A DNA stretch of 64,000 nt from Eledone cirrhosa (lineage: Eukaryota). A model generated the notes under the pieces. The model made no database searches. It was given only the letters and a program-made list of their open reading frames with translations, and was not told where the DNA came from. The translations under genes were made by a program, and so were the position numbers. The stretch spans positions 234,918,001-234,982,000 of the forward strand of contig OZ024741.1 of assembly GCA_964016885.1 (NCBI GenBank). Reading direction: 5' to 3'. Shown here one piece after another: positions 13,917 through 26,699 of the stretch (positions are counted from its first letter, which is position 1; each line of letters opens with the position of its first letter).

Positions 13917-13978
13917 TTTAAATAAGGCCCCTTATTGTATAGCCAACCATGTTACTCTTCATTATTTAACTATATATA

Positions 13979-14185
13979 GGCGGTGGATTGGCAAAGGGCG
14001 GTGGATTGGCAGTATCGGTAGAGAGTCGGACGCCATGCTTTCCAGCATAGTTACGTCCCTTTACGATCTGAGTTCAAATCCCGCCGAGGTTGACTTTGCC
14101 TTTCATCCTTACGGGGTCGATAAAATAAAGTACCAGTTATGCACTGGGTAATTGCTGGCCTTGTGCCTAAAGTAGAAACAATTAT
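13979..14185 (+). mobile_element. tRNA-derived SINE (Meta-domain-like core), duplicated head
   Basis: A box TGGCAGTATCGG, B box GAGTTCAAATCC, core GCCTTTCATCCTTACGGGGTCGATAAAATAAAGTACCAG. Confidence 0.85.
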
Positions 14186-14213
14186 TTAACTATATATATA
14201 TATATATATATCA

Positions 14214-14545
14214 TCTGGCAGGAAGGTATACGATGCTGACGATAGCTAATAAGCTTGAAACTAGGACATCGTTCCTGTGTCAGTGTGTTGAACAAAAAGG
14301 TGACGATGGTTGCCTGAACAATGTACGGCGTAATTCGGGCTGTTTGTTTAAAGAAACAAACCGAACATTATAATAAATGTTCGGTAAACCCATACGTACA
14401 TATATATATGTGTGCATGTATGTATATATATACATACTACTGTACGTCTGTATACATATATGTATGTACGTATACATACATACTTACATTTAAGTATCAG
14501 CCGTACTAAGAGTGAGAAATGAAATTTCGTTTCATTCTTTTCTAT
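14214..14545 (+). repeat. Dispersed, diverged monomer of the ~420-bp retrozyme family, HHR at 14230-14272
   Basis: ACGAUG-CUGACGA-UAGCUAAUAAGCUU-GAAA-CUAG-GA/CAUCGU (cleavage U mutated). Body is the reverse complement of the 43521-43840 unit. Confidence 0.8.
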
Positions 14546-14557
14546 TTATATATATAT

Positions 14558-14749
14558 AATTAATTGTTTCTACTTTAGGCACAAGGCCAGCAATTACCCA
14601 GTGTATTACTGGTACTTTATTTTATCGACCCTGTAAGGATGAAAGGCAAAGTCAACCTCGGCGGGATTTGAACTCAGATCGTAAAGGGACGTAACTATGC
14701 TGGAAAGCATGGCGTCCGACTCTCTACCGATACTGCCAATCCACCGCCC
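14558..14749 (-). mobile_element. tRNA-derived SINE, inverted copy
   Basis: Near-exact reverse complement of 13996-14185. Confidence 0.85.
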
Positions 14750-15011
14750 TATATAATTAATAGTCTGAAGAACAGTCAGACAAAATATATCCAATTTTTC
14801 TTCTCCTTAATCAGTAGAAATTAACTAGATAAATAACCATTTAAACGGAGCTAAGTTTAAAATGTGACTTCAAAGAAATAACAGATAAATGCGACAGACT
14901 ATCCCTTGCGAGGAATAACTAGATAACATTTACAGTCTTGCTTCTTAGCTCGTACTCATATATGTATCTGTGACTATGTCTAAATATGTACACACACACA
15001 CACATATACAT

Positions 15012-15056
<45 letters not shown>

Positions 15057-15149
15057 GTAATTCCGTCGGAAAAGTCCAGGAAAAAAGAGTGCTCTATGTA
15101 GGTAACAGAGCTTAATAGTTATGTAATAAACAACATAAGGCAATTATTC

Positions 15150-15203
15150 CATTTACCAGTGGTTTCTTAAAAGCAAAAGATTTTGCTTTCAATCCTCAGA
15201 ATG
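15150..15203 (-). ncRNA. Hammerhead ribozyme, family A
   Basis: CAUU-CUGAGGA-UUGAAAGCAAAA..UUUUGCUUUUAA-GAAA-CCACUGG-UA/AAUG. Confidence 0.8.
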
Positions 15204-15301
15204 AAAAAAATCCTTTCCTTCTTCCTTCTCCAGCCTCACTTTCATATAGATTGCATTTTTGTTTTTAAAATCCAAATTCAATAAACAGACCAGGATTTTT
15301 T

Positions 15302-15356
15302 CATTCTGAGGATTGAAAGCAACATTTTTTTGCTTTTAAGAAACCACTGGTAAATG
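15302..15356 (+). ncRNA. Hammerhead ribozyme, family A (inverted partner of 15150-15203)
   Basis: CAUU-CUGAGGA-UUGAAAGCAA..UUGCUUUUAA-GAAA-CCACUGG-UA/AAUG. Confidence 0.8.
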
Positions 15357-15891
15357 GAATAATTGCCTTATGTTGTTTATTACATAACTATATATATATA
15401 TATGAAAGTATAGAAATTATTGTGAGCGTGAAGCCAACAGTATTTCATAATATATAAGTGACTATAACGTCAAAATGGAAAATAATTAACGTAAGATGTG
15501 GGAAAATAATTCAAACTCAATTAAAAAAAAAATCAAGACATAGATTTATCCATAGAATTTTGTGAAATCCAGGGAAAAATCAATAGAGCCTTAACTCTGA
15601 ATAAAATAAAGTTTAAATACTCATCCTTCAATTTGGAAAAACTTCAAATGCTCTATATAGTCTTAAAAAGACTATTTCACGAAACTTTCAGTGGGGATGG
15701 TCACGGTTGGAGTCGTTCATCAGTAGAGCTCAACACGATAACCCTAAATCACTGCCAGAATATGCCAAAAAGGGAATTTAAAAGCAGGCTAGTTCAACTC
15801 ATGCGTAAATATGAAAATAAACGCACATGGAGAGACATATATATATATGTACATATTTAGACATAGTCACAGATATATACATTCATCGGCG

Positions 15892-15943
<52 letters not shown>

Positions 15944-16298
15944 CAAATTTATACGGGAACAAAACAGAGAGGCAGACAAATATATGTACATATATATCCT
16001 TATGTATGTATATATATATATATATACCCCCCACTCTCCTGAGCGTGAAATTAATAAACATTTATCGTACTGCCTCTCTGTTTTGTCCCTGTTCAAATTT
16101 TTCCATTATATATATATATATATATGAGGCGGGCGAGAAAAACCACAAACCCTCCATCTCAATTCTACTTTTGAAAAGCATAACTATGAAACCGGTAAAA
16201 GAACCAAATAAATATTCTTAAAAAGACTCCAGTTGCAGTTTCGATTTCATCTTTTTTTCTTATACTTTCTCTCGTGTAGGACATCTCGTTTTTTTTTC

Positions 16299-16407
<109 letters not shown>

Positions 16408-16658
16408 AAGTAATTCCGTCGGAAAGGTCCAGGAAAAAAGAGTGCTCAATGTAGTTTACAGAGCTTATTAGTTATGTAATAACTATGTTATTTATTTTCC
16501 TTATTCCCCCCCTACTTTGTACCTTACCCTTTACATACCTACCTTTTTATTTATAGATATTTATTTCTGTGTGTATGTGTTGTGTATATGTGTATATATG
16601 TATATATATATGTATATATATATATGTGTATATAATTATATATATCTGTATGTATATG

Positions 16659-16733
<75 letters not shown>

Positions 16734-16832
16734 ATTTTTATTAAGGTGGTGACGTAACTTTTTGTATATATGTGTGTGTGTGTGTATTTATATATATATA
16801 ATAGCCGTCGAAACGTCGGGGTCATACTTTTT

Positions 16833-16875
<43 letters not shown>

Positions 16876-17214
16876 ATGGTTGTGTGTGTATATATGTGTA
16901 TGTATATGCATAATTACATACAGAGTGATTTAATGTTTATTTTCATTGATTATTTGCTCCAGGAACTTGCTGAGTGCTCTAAATCAGCTATAAACATTTA
17001 TACCTTTATCTATTTATTTATTTATTATTTGTCGTATTCCCAACTATTTGTTTACCCCTTTCACCTTTTTATTTTTATATATATATAATATTTATGTATT
17101 TTCTTATATATATATATTAAATACAGTAAAGAAACCAATCATCGAAAGACTTATAGTAAATTAGTTAGTTATGAACATTCCAATAACTTAAATAAAAGAC
17201 CTAGATACAAGAAT

Positions 17215-18090
17215 ATGATTTGGTACAACGCTCCTTTTTCTCTATCTATTACTAGAAATATTCCTAAACTATTTTTTAGGGCCTTAGATAAATGCTTCCC
17301 TCACTCGCATATCTATAGTAAGATCTTTAACAAACATACAATCAAATTCTCTTATTCCACCACTTCCAACATCTCTAACATTATCTCTAAACACAATAAT
17401 AAAATATTAAATAATAAATTATATCCATCCAACAATGAGCGTCATAATAATAGCAATAGTAAATCCGACGTCAATGTTAACTCTAGGCTAGATTCAGTAA
17501 ATTTAAATACGACGTCAAACGTAACTTTGTCGTTTGTTCATAACACCAATCTAAATCAGGAAACTTTAGTACCTATCGTAAATAACTTCTCCAATCCAAT
17601 TCCTTCTATAAATAATACTAGGTCACTTGTTAATAACTCTGGTAATTTCTCTAATCGTAATTGTAATTGCCCTGTTAGAACTAAATGTCCTCTTAGTAAC
17701 CAATGTCTTGCTAAACATTTAGTGTATGAATGTAAGCTTATAACTGGTACTAACTCATTTACCTATTTTGGTTCCACTTCCACTTCCTTTAAAGCAAGAT
17801 TTTATAACCACAATTCGTCTTTTAAATACCAACTTAAAAGAACTAACACGGCACTCTCAGAACTCATATGGTCCTTAAAAGACAAAAATATTAACTACAA
17901 CATTTCTTGGAGGAAGGTTTGCAACGCCTCTCCTTACCGGAATTCTTCCCTATCCAGAACATGTAATCTCTGCCTAGCCGAGAAATTTACCATTATCTCT
18001 AATTTTAATTCTATAATAAATAGACGTACGGATATATTTTCGCTCTGCTTGCATAAATCCCATAGAACTTTCCATAAAGTATACAGCTAA
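17215..18090 (+). CDS. Penelope-like element C-terminus: linker plus Cys-rich GIY-YIG endonuclease (no true start)
   Basis: IWYNAPFS..LDKCFP..KIFNKHTIKFSYS; CNC....CPL...CL..LVY..YFGST..FKARFYNH..TALSELIWSLKD..CNLCLAEK..INRR..CLH. Confidence 0.85.
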   Translation: MIWYNAPFSLSITRNIPKLFFRALDKCFPHSHIYSKIFNKHTIKFSYSTTSNISNIISKHNNKILNNKLYPSNNERHNNSNSKSDVNVNSRLDSVNLNTTSNVTLSFVHNTNLNQETLVPIVNNFSNPIPSINNTRSLVNNSGNFSNRNCNCPVRTKCPLSNQCLAKHLVYECKLITGTNSFTYFGSTSTSFKARFYNHNSSFKYQLKRTNTALSELIWSLKDKNINYNISWRKVCNASPYRNSSLSRTCNLCLAEKFTIISNFNSIINRRTDIFSLCLHKSHRTFHKVYS

Positions 18091-19087
18091 TATCTCACTA
18101 CATAATTAGTTTAAAATCTTCTTTTCTCAAACGCTTTTATATCTTTTACAAATATACCCATCTTTCTACCTTATTTCACTATATTATATTATACAATTTA
18201 CTCATTCTATGTCGTTAGCGATCCCCTACTTTTCTTCTTTTTTTATCCTTTTTTCCTTTTTTCCTTTTTTTTTTTAATTTCTAATCTTTAATCTGTAACT
18301 TTTACTTCTCAATTACTTCTTAATTCATATTATTACTCACTATAGCATTTTCCTTATATTCTTGGCCATACAAACTATATTTTTAATATATACTAATATT
18401 ACCATTAGTAAATTTTGTAAACATATATACTTTTTCTTCCTTAAATTTTCTTCTTTCTTTTCTCCTTCCGTGCTCGTATTAAACCTATTATTTACTTTTT
18501 CATATTACAATACATAGAAACAAACTTAGACCCTAACTAATTCCTCTAAGTTCATAATTCATTTAATCTCTTCTTCATTCACCTTATATCCTTAATATTT
18601 TTATTTTAATAATACATATTAATAAATTCCTTTTCGTACATATTATTAAACCCTTCAATATATAAACCTTAAATAAATACTATTCTTAATTCCTTTTTCT
18701 TTAATCATAAACATCACCATTCATAAACCTCATTAACTTTTAATTAAACATTTTTTTTTTGAATTATGTATTATCTTACATACGGTTTTTAAATTTCTCT
18801 CTGTGAGACAGTGTTTCTCAGTATTAAAAGCTCTCTCTCTCTCTCTTTCTCTCTCTCTATCTCTCTCTCTCTCTCTCCCTCTCACTCATTTCTCCTCCTC
18901 TCTCATCCTTCCTTCTTATACTCCTCCCCCGTCATCCTTTATTTTCTTTCTTCCTCTTCCTTACTTTTTCCTTCCCCCTTCCTTCTTTTTTTCCCAATCT
19001 CATATATCCATCTTATTTTATTTTTCATATGTAGATTTAACACTTCACTGCTCGCAAGTGTTTTTTAAGCTTCATATCATGTCTCCC

Positions 19088-19158
19088 TATTTTATCTGAT
19101 GAGAACGCAAATATCATCCCATGATGATATTTGTTTTTGAAATGCGCATAATAAAATA
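19088..19158 (+). ncRNA. Hammerhead ribozyme, family B (PLE-associated)
   Basis: UAUUUUAU-CUGAUGA-GAACGCAAAUAUCAUC..GAUGAUAUUUGUUUUU-GAAA-UGCGCA-UA/AUAAAAUA. Confidence 0.85.
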
Positions 19159-19188
19159 CATGGAACTTTTTTAACCATCTTTTGATCT

Positions 19189-19270
<82 letters not shown>

Positions 19271-19638
19271 ATATATATATGTGTATATATATATATAAAT
19301 GTATATGTGTGTGTATGTATATATTTATATGTATATATGTGTATGTGTAAATGTGTGTATTGCTTACCACGTGTGTTTGTTTATTTATTTGTGTCCTTTC
19401 CTGTATCGCTGTCAACTTTATAATAAATTTTATCTTCTTAAGTCGTATATTTTTTTATTTTTATGCGACGGCCTATTGCATTATATGGTTGTTCATTTTT
19501 TTTTATTTTTCTTATAATTAATTGTGTGTGTGCGTATGTAGGTGTGTGTACATATATATATATATGTGTGTGCGTATGTATGCGTGTATATATATGTGTA
19601 TGTATGTGTGAGTATGTACGTGTGTATATATGTATGAT

Positions 19639-19685
<47 letters not shown>

Positions 19686-19942
19686 TTGTGTATTTATGTG
19701 TATGTGTATGTATGTCTATATATATATGTGTATATATGTGTGTATGTATATGTATATATATATATGTATGTGTGTATGTATATGTGTGTGTGCGTGCGTG
19801 CGCGCGTGTGTGTGTGTGCATGTGTGTTTATCTACTTTTATATTTATTCTTTTTCCTTTCCTTCTTCCTTTTCCAGCCTCACTTTCATATAGATTATATT
19901 TTTGTTTTTAAAATCCACTGTCAATAAATACACCAGGATTTT

Positions 19943-20001
19943 TTCATTCTGATGACTGAAAGCAAATTTTGTTTGCTTTCAAGAAACCACTGGTAAATGA
20001 A
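19943..20001 (+). ncRNA. Hammerhead ribozyme, family A
   Basis: UUCAUU-CUGAUGA-CUGAAAGCAAA..UUUGCUUUCAA-GAAA-CCACUGG-UA/AAUGAA. Confidence 0.85.
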
Positions 20002-20030
20002 ATAATTATCATATGTTGTTTATTACATAA

Positions 20031-20164
<134 letters not shown>

Positions 20165-20325
20165 TGTGACCCTTCTGTGCAACAGGAAGGGCTACAGACT
20201 AGAGCTTTACGCGCAGACATACTCATAGGTGTCTTATCTTATCTTACCTGTCTATCTGTATCTTTTTCTGTGCGTCTACGTATTTTCCCTCAGTCTTCTC
20301 TCGCTCTCTCTGTCCTTCCTTCTTA

Positions 20326-20366
<41 letters not shown>

Positions 20367-20594
20367 AAGAGGGAAAAGAGAGAGGAGGGAGAGAAAGAGG
20401 GAGTGATGGAATTTGAGAGGTACAGAGTTCAATTCTCTGGTGGTAACTTTTTCACTTTTTCTGTCTATAGGGGTATTTTTACCCGATTTTCTAAACTATC
20501 ACTTACAGCAATCAACTGTGTTCACAGTCATTTCCTGCGTTCAAGATTTCTGCATTTTTTCGCAAACACTCACACACGAGGTCCTGACTCTTTT

Positions 20595-20698
<104 letters not shown>

Positions 20699-20786
20699 TA
20701 TGCAAAAGTTTTATTTAAAATTGTTGGGATACAACAAGTAAATATTTTATAACTGATATAAAGCACTCGACAAGTTTTTGGAGTAG

Positions 20787-21142
20787 ATATACGATATTAA
20801 ATAAATGGAAACTATATTTATAAAACCATATTTATTTCACTATACATATTTCAGGGATACCAAATTAAAATATGGTATGCCTTCATCAGATAAAATACAA
20901 TATATAAACAGTTTTATAAATAATTTTGACGTACCCTATTAGATGCAACCATTATTTTTGGAATCTTCCAAAAATAATGGTTGCATCTAATAGGGTATGT
21001 CAAAATTATTTATAAAACTGTTTATATATTGTATTTTATCTGATGAAGGCATACCATATTTTAATTTGGTATCCCTGAAATATGTATAGTGAAATAAATA
21101 TGGTTTTATAAATATAGTTTCCATTTATTTAATATCGTATAT
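20787..21142. repeat. 356-bp near-perfect palindrome with a family B HHR on each arm (20833-20897 minus, 21032-21096 plus)
   Basis: Centre GGAA-TC-TTCC at 20964/5, about one arm mismatch. HHR UAUUUUAU-CUGAUGA-AGGCAUACCA..UGGUAUCCCU-GAAA-UAUGUA-UA/GUGAAAUA. Confidence 0.9.
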
Positions 21143-21146
21143 ATAA

Positions 21147-21220
<74 letters not shown>

Positions 21221-21223
<3 letters not shown>

Positions 21224-21455
21224 AAAAGACTCAGGACACCGACGGCTGAGCTCCGGCCGTTTCGACAGCTAGATTTCCTGGTCTGTAATGGGTGTAATAT
21301 TACCAAGAAAGAGTTCGGATGTAGCTGTCGAAACGGCCGGAGCTCAGCCGTCGGGGTCCTGACTCTTTCCCTATTACCCACTCTACTAACCTAAGTATTG
21401 AGTACTCTGGTGCGTTATGGCCCACCTGGTATCTTACCACACCCTCTTTGTTTTA
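21221..21455 (+). repeat. Family C element with fold-back and a longer central loop
   Basis: Arms CGACGGCTGAGCTCCGGCCGTTTCGACAGCTA / TAGCTGTCGAAACGGCCGGAGCTCAGCCGTCG. Confidence 0.85.
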
Positions 21456-21474
21456 TATATATATATATATATAT

Positions 21475-21757
21475 AAATGTAAGTATGTATGTATGTATAC
21501 GTACATACATATATGTATACAGACGTACAGTAGTATGTATATATATACATACGTGCACACATTACAAACAAACAAACCGAGCATTATAATAAATGTTCGG
21601 TAAACCGATACGAGCATATATATATGTGTGCATGTATGTATATATATACATACTACTGTACGTCTGTATACATATATGTATGTATGTATATATACATACA
21701 TACTTACATTTAAGTAAGTGCCGTACTAAGAGTGAGAAATGAAATTTCGTTTCATTC

Positions 21758-21760
<3 letters not shown>
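21475..21760 (+). repeat. Partial retrozyme-family monomer with inverted 5' piece
   Basis: Matches 14350-14540. Segment 21475-21560 is inverted relative to 21625-21712. Confidence 0.7.
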
Positions 21761-21808
<48 letters not shown>

Positions 21809-21810
<2 letters not shown>

Positions 21811-21956
21811 ATTGTTTCTACTTTTGGCACAAGGCCAGCAAATAACCCAGTACATTACTGGTACTTTATTTTATCGACCCCGTAAGGATGAAAGGCAAAG
21901 TAAACCTCGGCGGGATTTGAACTCAGACCGTAAAGGGACGTAACTATGCTGGAAAG
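21809..21956 (-). mobile_element. tRNA-derived SINE, 5'-truncated
   Basis: Reverse complement of the SINE at 14040-14185. Confidence 0.8.
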
Positions 21957-21959
21957 AAT

Positions 21960-22512
21960 ATTTCTCAGTTTCTATCTATCTACTTTTCTCTCTCTTCTAT
22001 CTATGTCTTTCTCTATATAGATACGCCTACAAAACAAGACAAATATCCTATCCATAAGATTGCGAGTTCGCATGCGCGCACACACATACACGCACACATA
22101 CTTACACACACACGCGCGCGCACGCACACACACACATATATATATACAGGTGTCCCCAAAAAGTGTATATAAAAAAAATGCATTAAAATAAATTCTGTTT
22201 TATATGCATTATTTAAATTTTGTAAACGTTTTTTGGTGTTTACATACAATTTAATTATGTCTGTAAATCATTTTGTTTTTGGGAAAGGCAGTGCAATCTA
22301 ATAAATATTGCCTGTACAGGTAATCAAAGTGTGTATACATTTTGGGGGGATACCCCGTATGTTTGCGCGAACTCGCAACCTTACAGATAGGGTATTTGTC
22401 TTGTTTTGTAGGTGTATCTATACAGAGGAAGGCATAGATAGGAGATAGATAGATAGATAGATAGAGATAGATAGAGAGAGAGAGAGAGGGGGTAGATAGA
22501 AATTGAGAAATA
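21960..22512. repeat. Inverted repeat arms (~110 bp) enclosing a Tc1/mariner MITE (22146-22359)
   Basis: CCTACAAAACAAGACAAATA..TTGCGAGTTCGC vs GCGAACTCGCAA..TATTTGTCTTGTTTTGTAGG. MITE TA-CAGGTGTCCCCAAAA..TTTTGGGGGGATACCCCG-TA. Confidence 0.75.
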
Positions 22513-23203
22513 TGGATATATTAGAAATTCATACGGATATCTTCCGGTAACTTCCCGGATGAAAATGACAATATATTTGAAAAAGAGATTTTATCATCAT
22601 AGTCGTAATGCACATATAAAAAAAATATATCTTCAAAACATGCATTTCTACAAAGGTTATGAGGAAACAAAATGATGTAGGGGCATTATACTGTAGTTAT
22701 ATATACATAAGACGACATAAATAGTGTAGAGCCCGCCTCCACCTGACTTTTGTTTCCCCACAACGTTTTAAATATTATATTTTTTGCAGATATAGATAAC
22801 AATTATGATGATAAAATGGAAGAAAATATATTGTCATCTCTGTATTCATAGAACATACCACCATTTCACTGTGATCTTAAAACGAAAGATTGCTAAGCTT
22901 AATTTATTTATAGAAGACATCTTTTCGGTATAAACAGTTTCGATAAATATACAAACTTACAAACACACTTTTATGAAATGCTGACACACATACACATACG
23001 GACATGCACCCACCCACACACACACTTACAACTACATTAACGTAAAATGACTATATATATTATTAAAAGGAACGAGACAGTTTTACGTAAGCATCCTCTG
23101 TTTATTATATAGTCCTGTTATGCACATTCAAAGACATCAAAGTGGTTGCGTAATAATCATTTGATGTGTATTAAGGTGTAATATTGTTGTCTTTGTTTTT
23201 GCT

Positions 23204-23300
23204 ATGCTCGCCATAGGATGGAACACGGTGTTAGCAGTCCGGCTATATGCTCGCTTATAGCCGGACTGCTAACATCGGGTTCCATACTATGGCGAGCATA
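23204..23300. repeat. ~97-bp palindrome
   Basis: ATGCTCGCCATAGGATGGAACACGGTGTTAGCAGTCCGGCTATA..TATAGCCGGACTGCTAACATCGGGTTCCATACTATGGCGAGCAT. Confidence 0.85.
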
Positions 23301-23359
23301 TCAAAAACATAACAATATTATACCCTAATACTGTACTTTGTTGATGACAACAGATCAAA

Positions 23360-24300
23360 TGATTACGCAGTGCATAATCAAGGCATATCACAAAAAGAAA
23401 ACGGTCAAAGGATCTCCCTTGAGCATCAATAGAGAATAGGTCTGAGTTTCCCTTGGGTATCATCACAAGTGCTGAAGTATTCTCATTCATGAATTTAATT
23501 GCATTCACAATCTGATGAGGTATTTCATAAGCAAGAAAAATTTTGAACATTTTCTTTCGGTCGGTCGAATTAAAAACCTTCTTGAAATCTATGAATACAA
23601 TTGCTGCCTATTCCTTGTGATTCCGTACCTCCGAAACAATGCTTCTTAGAGCCAAAGTTAAACTTAGCCTTCGCTTTAACCGGAAATCCAGTAAGAAACA
23701 GCTTTACTGGAGGGCACTATGGGAAAAATTATACTTTCTTTTATCTATCTGTAATGAAGTTGGCGAGGAAATCCTATCAAGTCACTCCTGTTGAGCCACA
23801 CCCACTGTGGAAAGTGCAGCAATGGCTACAGTCAGAAATGACACCCTCAAATCTACAGTTTCACATGTGCAGCATCACCAGAGAATTCAGGCGCTGTACT
23901 TTCAACCATCTAAAGGATGAAAGAATCTACCAAACCCTGGCTAACTTTTCTTTTTCTTTTGAGAATATCCTCTCTTTTACTGTTGGTAGGATTATTCAGG
24001 ATGCTGGTGTCATGTCTGAGTTGTTGTAGAGGTCTTTACAATACCCAGACCATCTTCTGATAACACCAGTTTCAATATTTATATAGTTTGCTTCGTTTTT
24101 GTTAGTGTTTCCCAAGCAGCCTTGCTTTTGCTTTTTTTTTTTTTTTTTCATATACCAGCTTTGATGTTTTTATAATGATTTGTTACCCCCTTCTCCTTAG
24201 CCTTCTTCATTTTTTTACCCTGACCTTCTTATTCACAACGTTGTATTGCTGCTTTGCCTTCTGACCTGATCTTATTTAAATTACATAGAACCAGGAGTGC
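23360..24300 (-). pseudogene. Decayed RTE-clade LINE reverse transcriptase fragment
   Basis: IVFIDFKKVFNSTDRKKMFKIFLAYEIP..IVNAIK..FLFVICLDYALR parallels the RT at 42058. Upstream boundary is uncertain. Confidence 0.7.
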
Positions 24301-24638
24301 CCACATTGACCTCAAATATTGCTGCAGCCTTGGGATCTTTTCTTTTCTTTTGGTTATTTTGACAACTTCAGTGTCACCAAATCAAATCATGGTCACTGTT
24401 GACATCCGCACAAAGGATGGTCCTAGTCCTGGCCTTATTAATACTGGACTTGAACATTTGAAGTTCAAGGATAAAGACAATTTGATTATGAGTCTTGCCT
24501 TGTTGTTCTCCGCGAGGTATTGTGTGGGAACAGTGTGTTAGCTAGGGTCGATAAATAAGTACCAGTAACGCACCAGCAAGACCATTACACATTCCCATAA
24601 CTATAAAGTATAATGGCCTTGCTGGTTTTAATTAGCAA

Positions 24639-24686
<48 letters not shown>

Positions 24687-24727
24687 TATCTCTCCCCACT
24701 CTCTTTTTATATATATGTATATATCTA

Positions 24728-24780
<53 letters not shown>

Positions 24781-24782
<2 letters not shown>

Positions 24783-24848
24783 GTAAAATCCCCGGCATGT
24801 CTTTGTATTGACCCCTTTCTTGTTGCGCCCTTGTGGCTAATAAAGAAA
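24781..24848 (+). mobile_element. Extreme 3' tail of the Tx1 family embedded in (TCTA)n
   Basis: Near-identical to 56604-56672, with TCTA repeats on both sides. Confidence 0.85.
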
Positions 24849-25928
24849 TCTATCTATATATATATATATTTATATATATATACGTTTTTTCGTCTCCTCA
24901 ATCTTTCTATTTCTTTTTTAATTTATCATTCCATTTTCCTGGATCAACGAAAAACACCAACAGAAATCGACACAGATTACATAACTAGACCAAACACAGG
25001 CACATACAGACAGACACACACACATACGCACACGCACACACACACACACACAGATCCAAAATCTAGACAGACACACACGCTTATACACAGACACACAAAT
25101 TCACTCAAACACACGTAAACACTCATAACACTACCAAACACACTCATACATAAACACACACGATACTAAAAATGCCCACACACTCCCATTAGCAATACAC
25201 CAAGAACACGCACATAGAACCGCACACACAGACACCATGACGAATATACACCACTCCAACATACATGCACACACACACAATCAAACTTAAAATAATAGCA
25301 CGCACACCCACAAAATGTACCTGATCGGTACAAACATATCAGAGCCTATGATAGATCCAGACGATCAACCACAACTTCAGCACAACACCCCGCACATCGG
25401 ACTACTTACGCCCACCCTTGCCTGCCCACCTTCCCCACCCTCAGAAAAACCTTTTTTTTCGAACCTCTCGAGCCTCCTTTTCCCTTAACTTCCCTCTTTC
25501 CCGATAAAGGATTAGCATCCGATATGTTGTGACATTTTTTCCTTTTCCAAAAAGCGTGAAACTTTGTTTAATTGCATCTGTGTTTGCCTCTTTTAACACA
25601 CGCATATATATATTGGCAGACAGAACACACACGTGCTTTTTCTCAAAACAAATCTTTTCCGTTCTTTTCCTTCTTACTTTCCTCTATTTTTCTATTTCTT
25701 CTTTTATTTTTCATTCTATCTTCTGATGAGTGACCAGCGTCTGAAATGTTAAGTCTCTTTTCCTACTATATCAAGTGTTAAACTAAAATATATATATCTT
25801 CACTCTACGGTATTTTTTGCTTTGTTATTGTCCGTTTACTTTTCACATATACATATAATGTAATAAAACAATTATATAAACGTAACATCTATCTTAACAT
25901 TTTCCTATGTATATATATATATATGTGC

Positions 25929-26014
<86 letters not shown>

Positions 26015-26212
26015 TAAAATAACAGATTAAAGTTTAAGCAAAGAATCGCTGCTTTCACCCTTAACGGGATCTTCTGAAACTAACCTTAACTTTGCTTAAA
26101 CTTTAATCTGTTATTTTAATAAATATTTGCTCTACGGTTCTTATATATTTGATATATATTTATCCTTATCGAGCCCTCTTTGGATTTTAGTCTTCAAATT
26201 TATTATTATTAC
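26015..26212. repeat. Fold-back family G element with variant HHR-like motif (26030-26081 minus)
   Basis: Minus GUUU-CAGAAGA-UCCCGUUAAGGGU-GAAA-GCA..UGC-UU/AAAC. Copies at 5972-6035 and 49430-49775. Confidence 0.7.
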
Positions 26213-26384
26213 TATATATATATATATATATAAATAGATTTTGAGTTTATGTTGGTTGTATACCAACACCTTAGTATGCAGGCTGGAGCACTCGACGAAG
26301 TGCGCAGGTTAGTTTGGTTACTCCGGAGTAGTGTAAAATAAAGTTAAATAAAAGTCAAATGATTAAAATTTAGCTTCGTTTATT

Positions 26385-26439
26385 ACTGCTATATATATTT
26401 CAGTGACAGCCATCTTTGGCTGTGACCTCTTCAGGCAGT
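26385..26439 (-). ncRNA. Hammerhead ribozyme, distinct family
   Basis: ACUGC-CUGAAGA-GGUCACAGCC-AAAGAU-GGCUGUCACU-GAAA-UAUAUA-UA/GCAGU. Confidence 0.85.
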
Positions 26440-26633
26440 TTGAATTAGTATGGTATAGACAAGTACATATGTTGTTTAGGTGTATACTATTGTCAATACT
26501 CTGATATGCCCAGTTCCTTGTTGGGTTGTTAATTCAATGAGGAACTGGAGTCATATGAATTCAAACAAACGAATTTCAAACAAACGAATTCAAACATACG
26601 AATTTCAAACATACGAATTCAAACAAACGAATT

Positions 26634-26696
<63 letters not shown>

Positions 26697-26699
26697 GAG

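Larger units (their letters stand above)
17120..19190 (+). mobile_element. 5'-truncated Penelope-like element (Naiad-type) with 3' region and HHR
   Basis: ORF 17215-18090, pyrimidine-rich 3' region, HHR at 19088-19158, ends in (TA)n. Confidence 0.8.

Noticed and set aside
14000-14085. tRNA gene
   Set aside because: A and B boxes are present but there is no cloverleaf, and the sequence continues into a multicopy SINE body.
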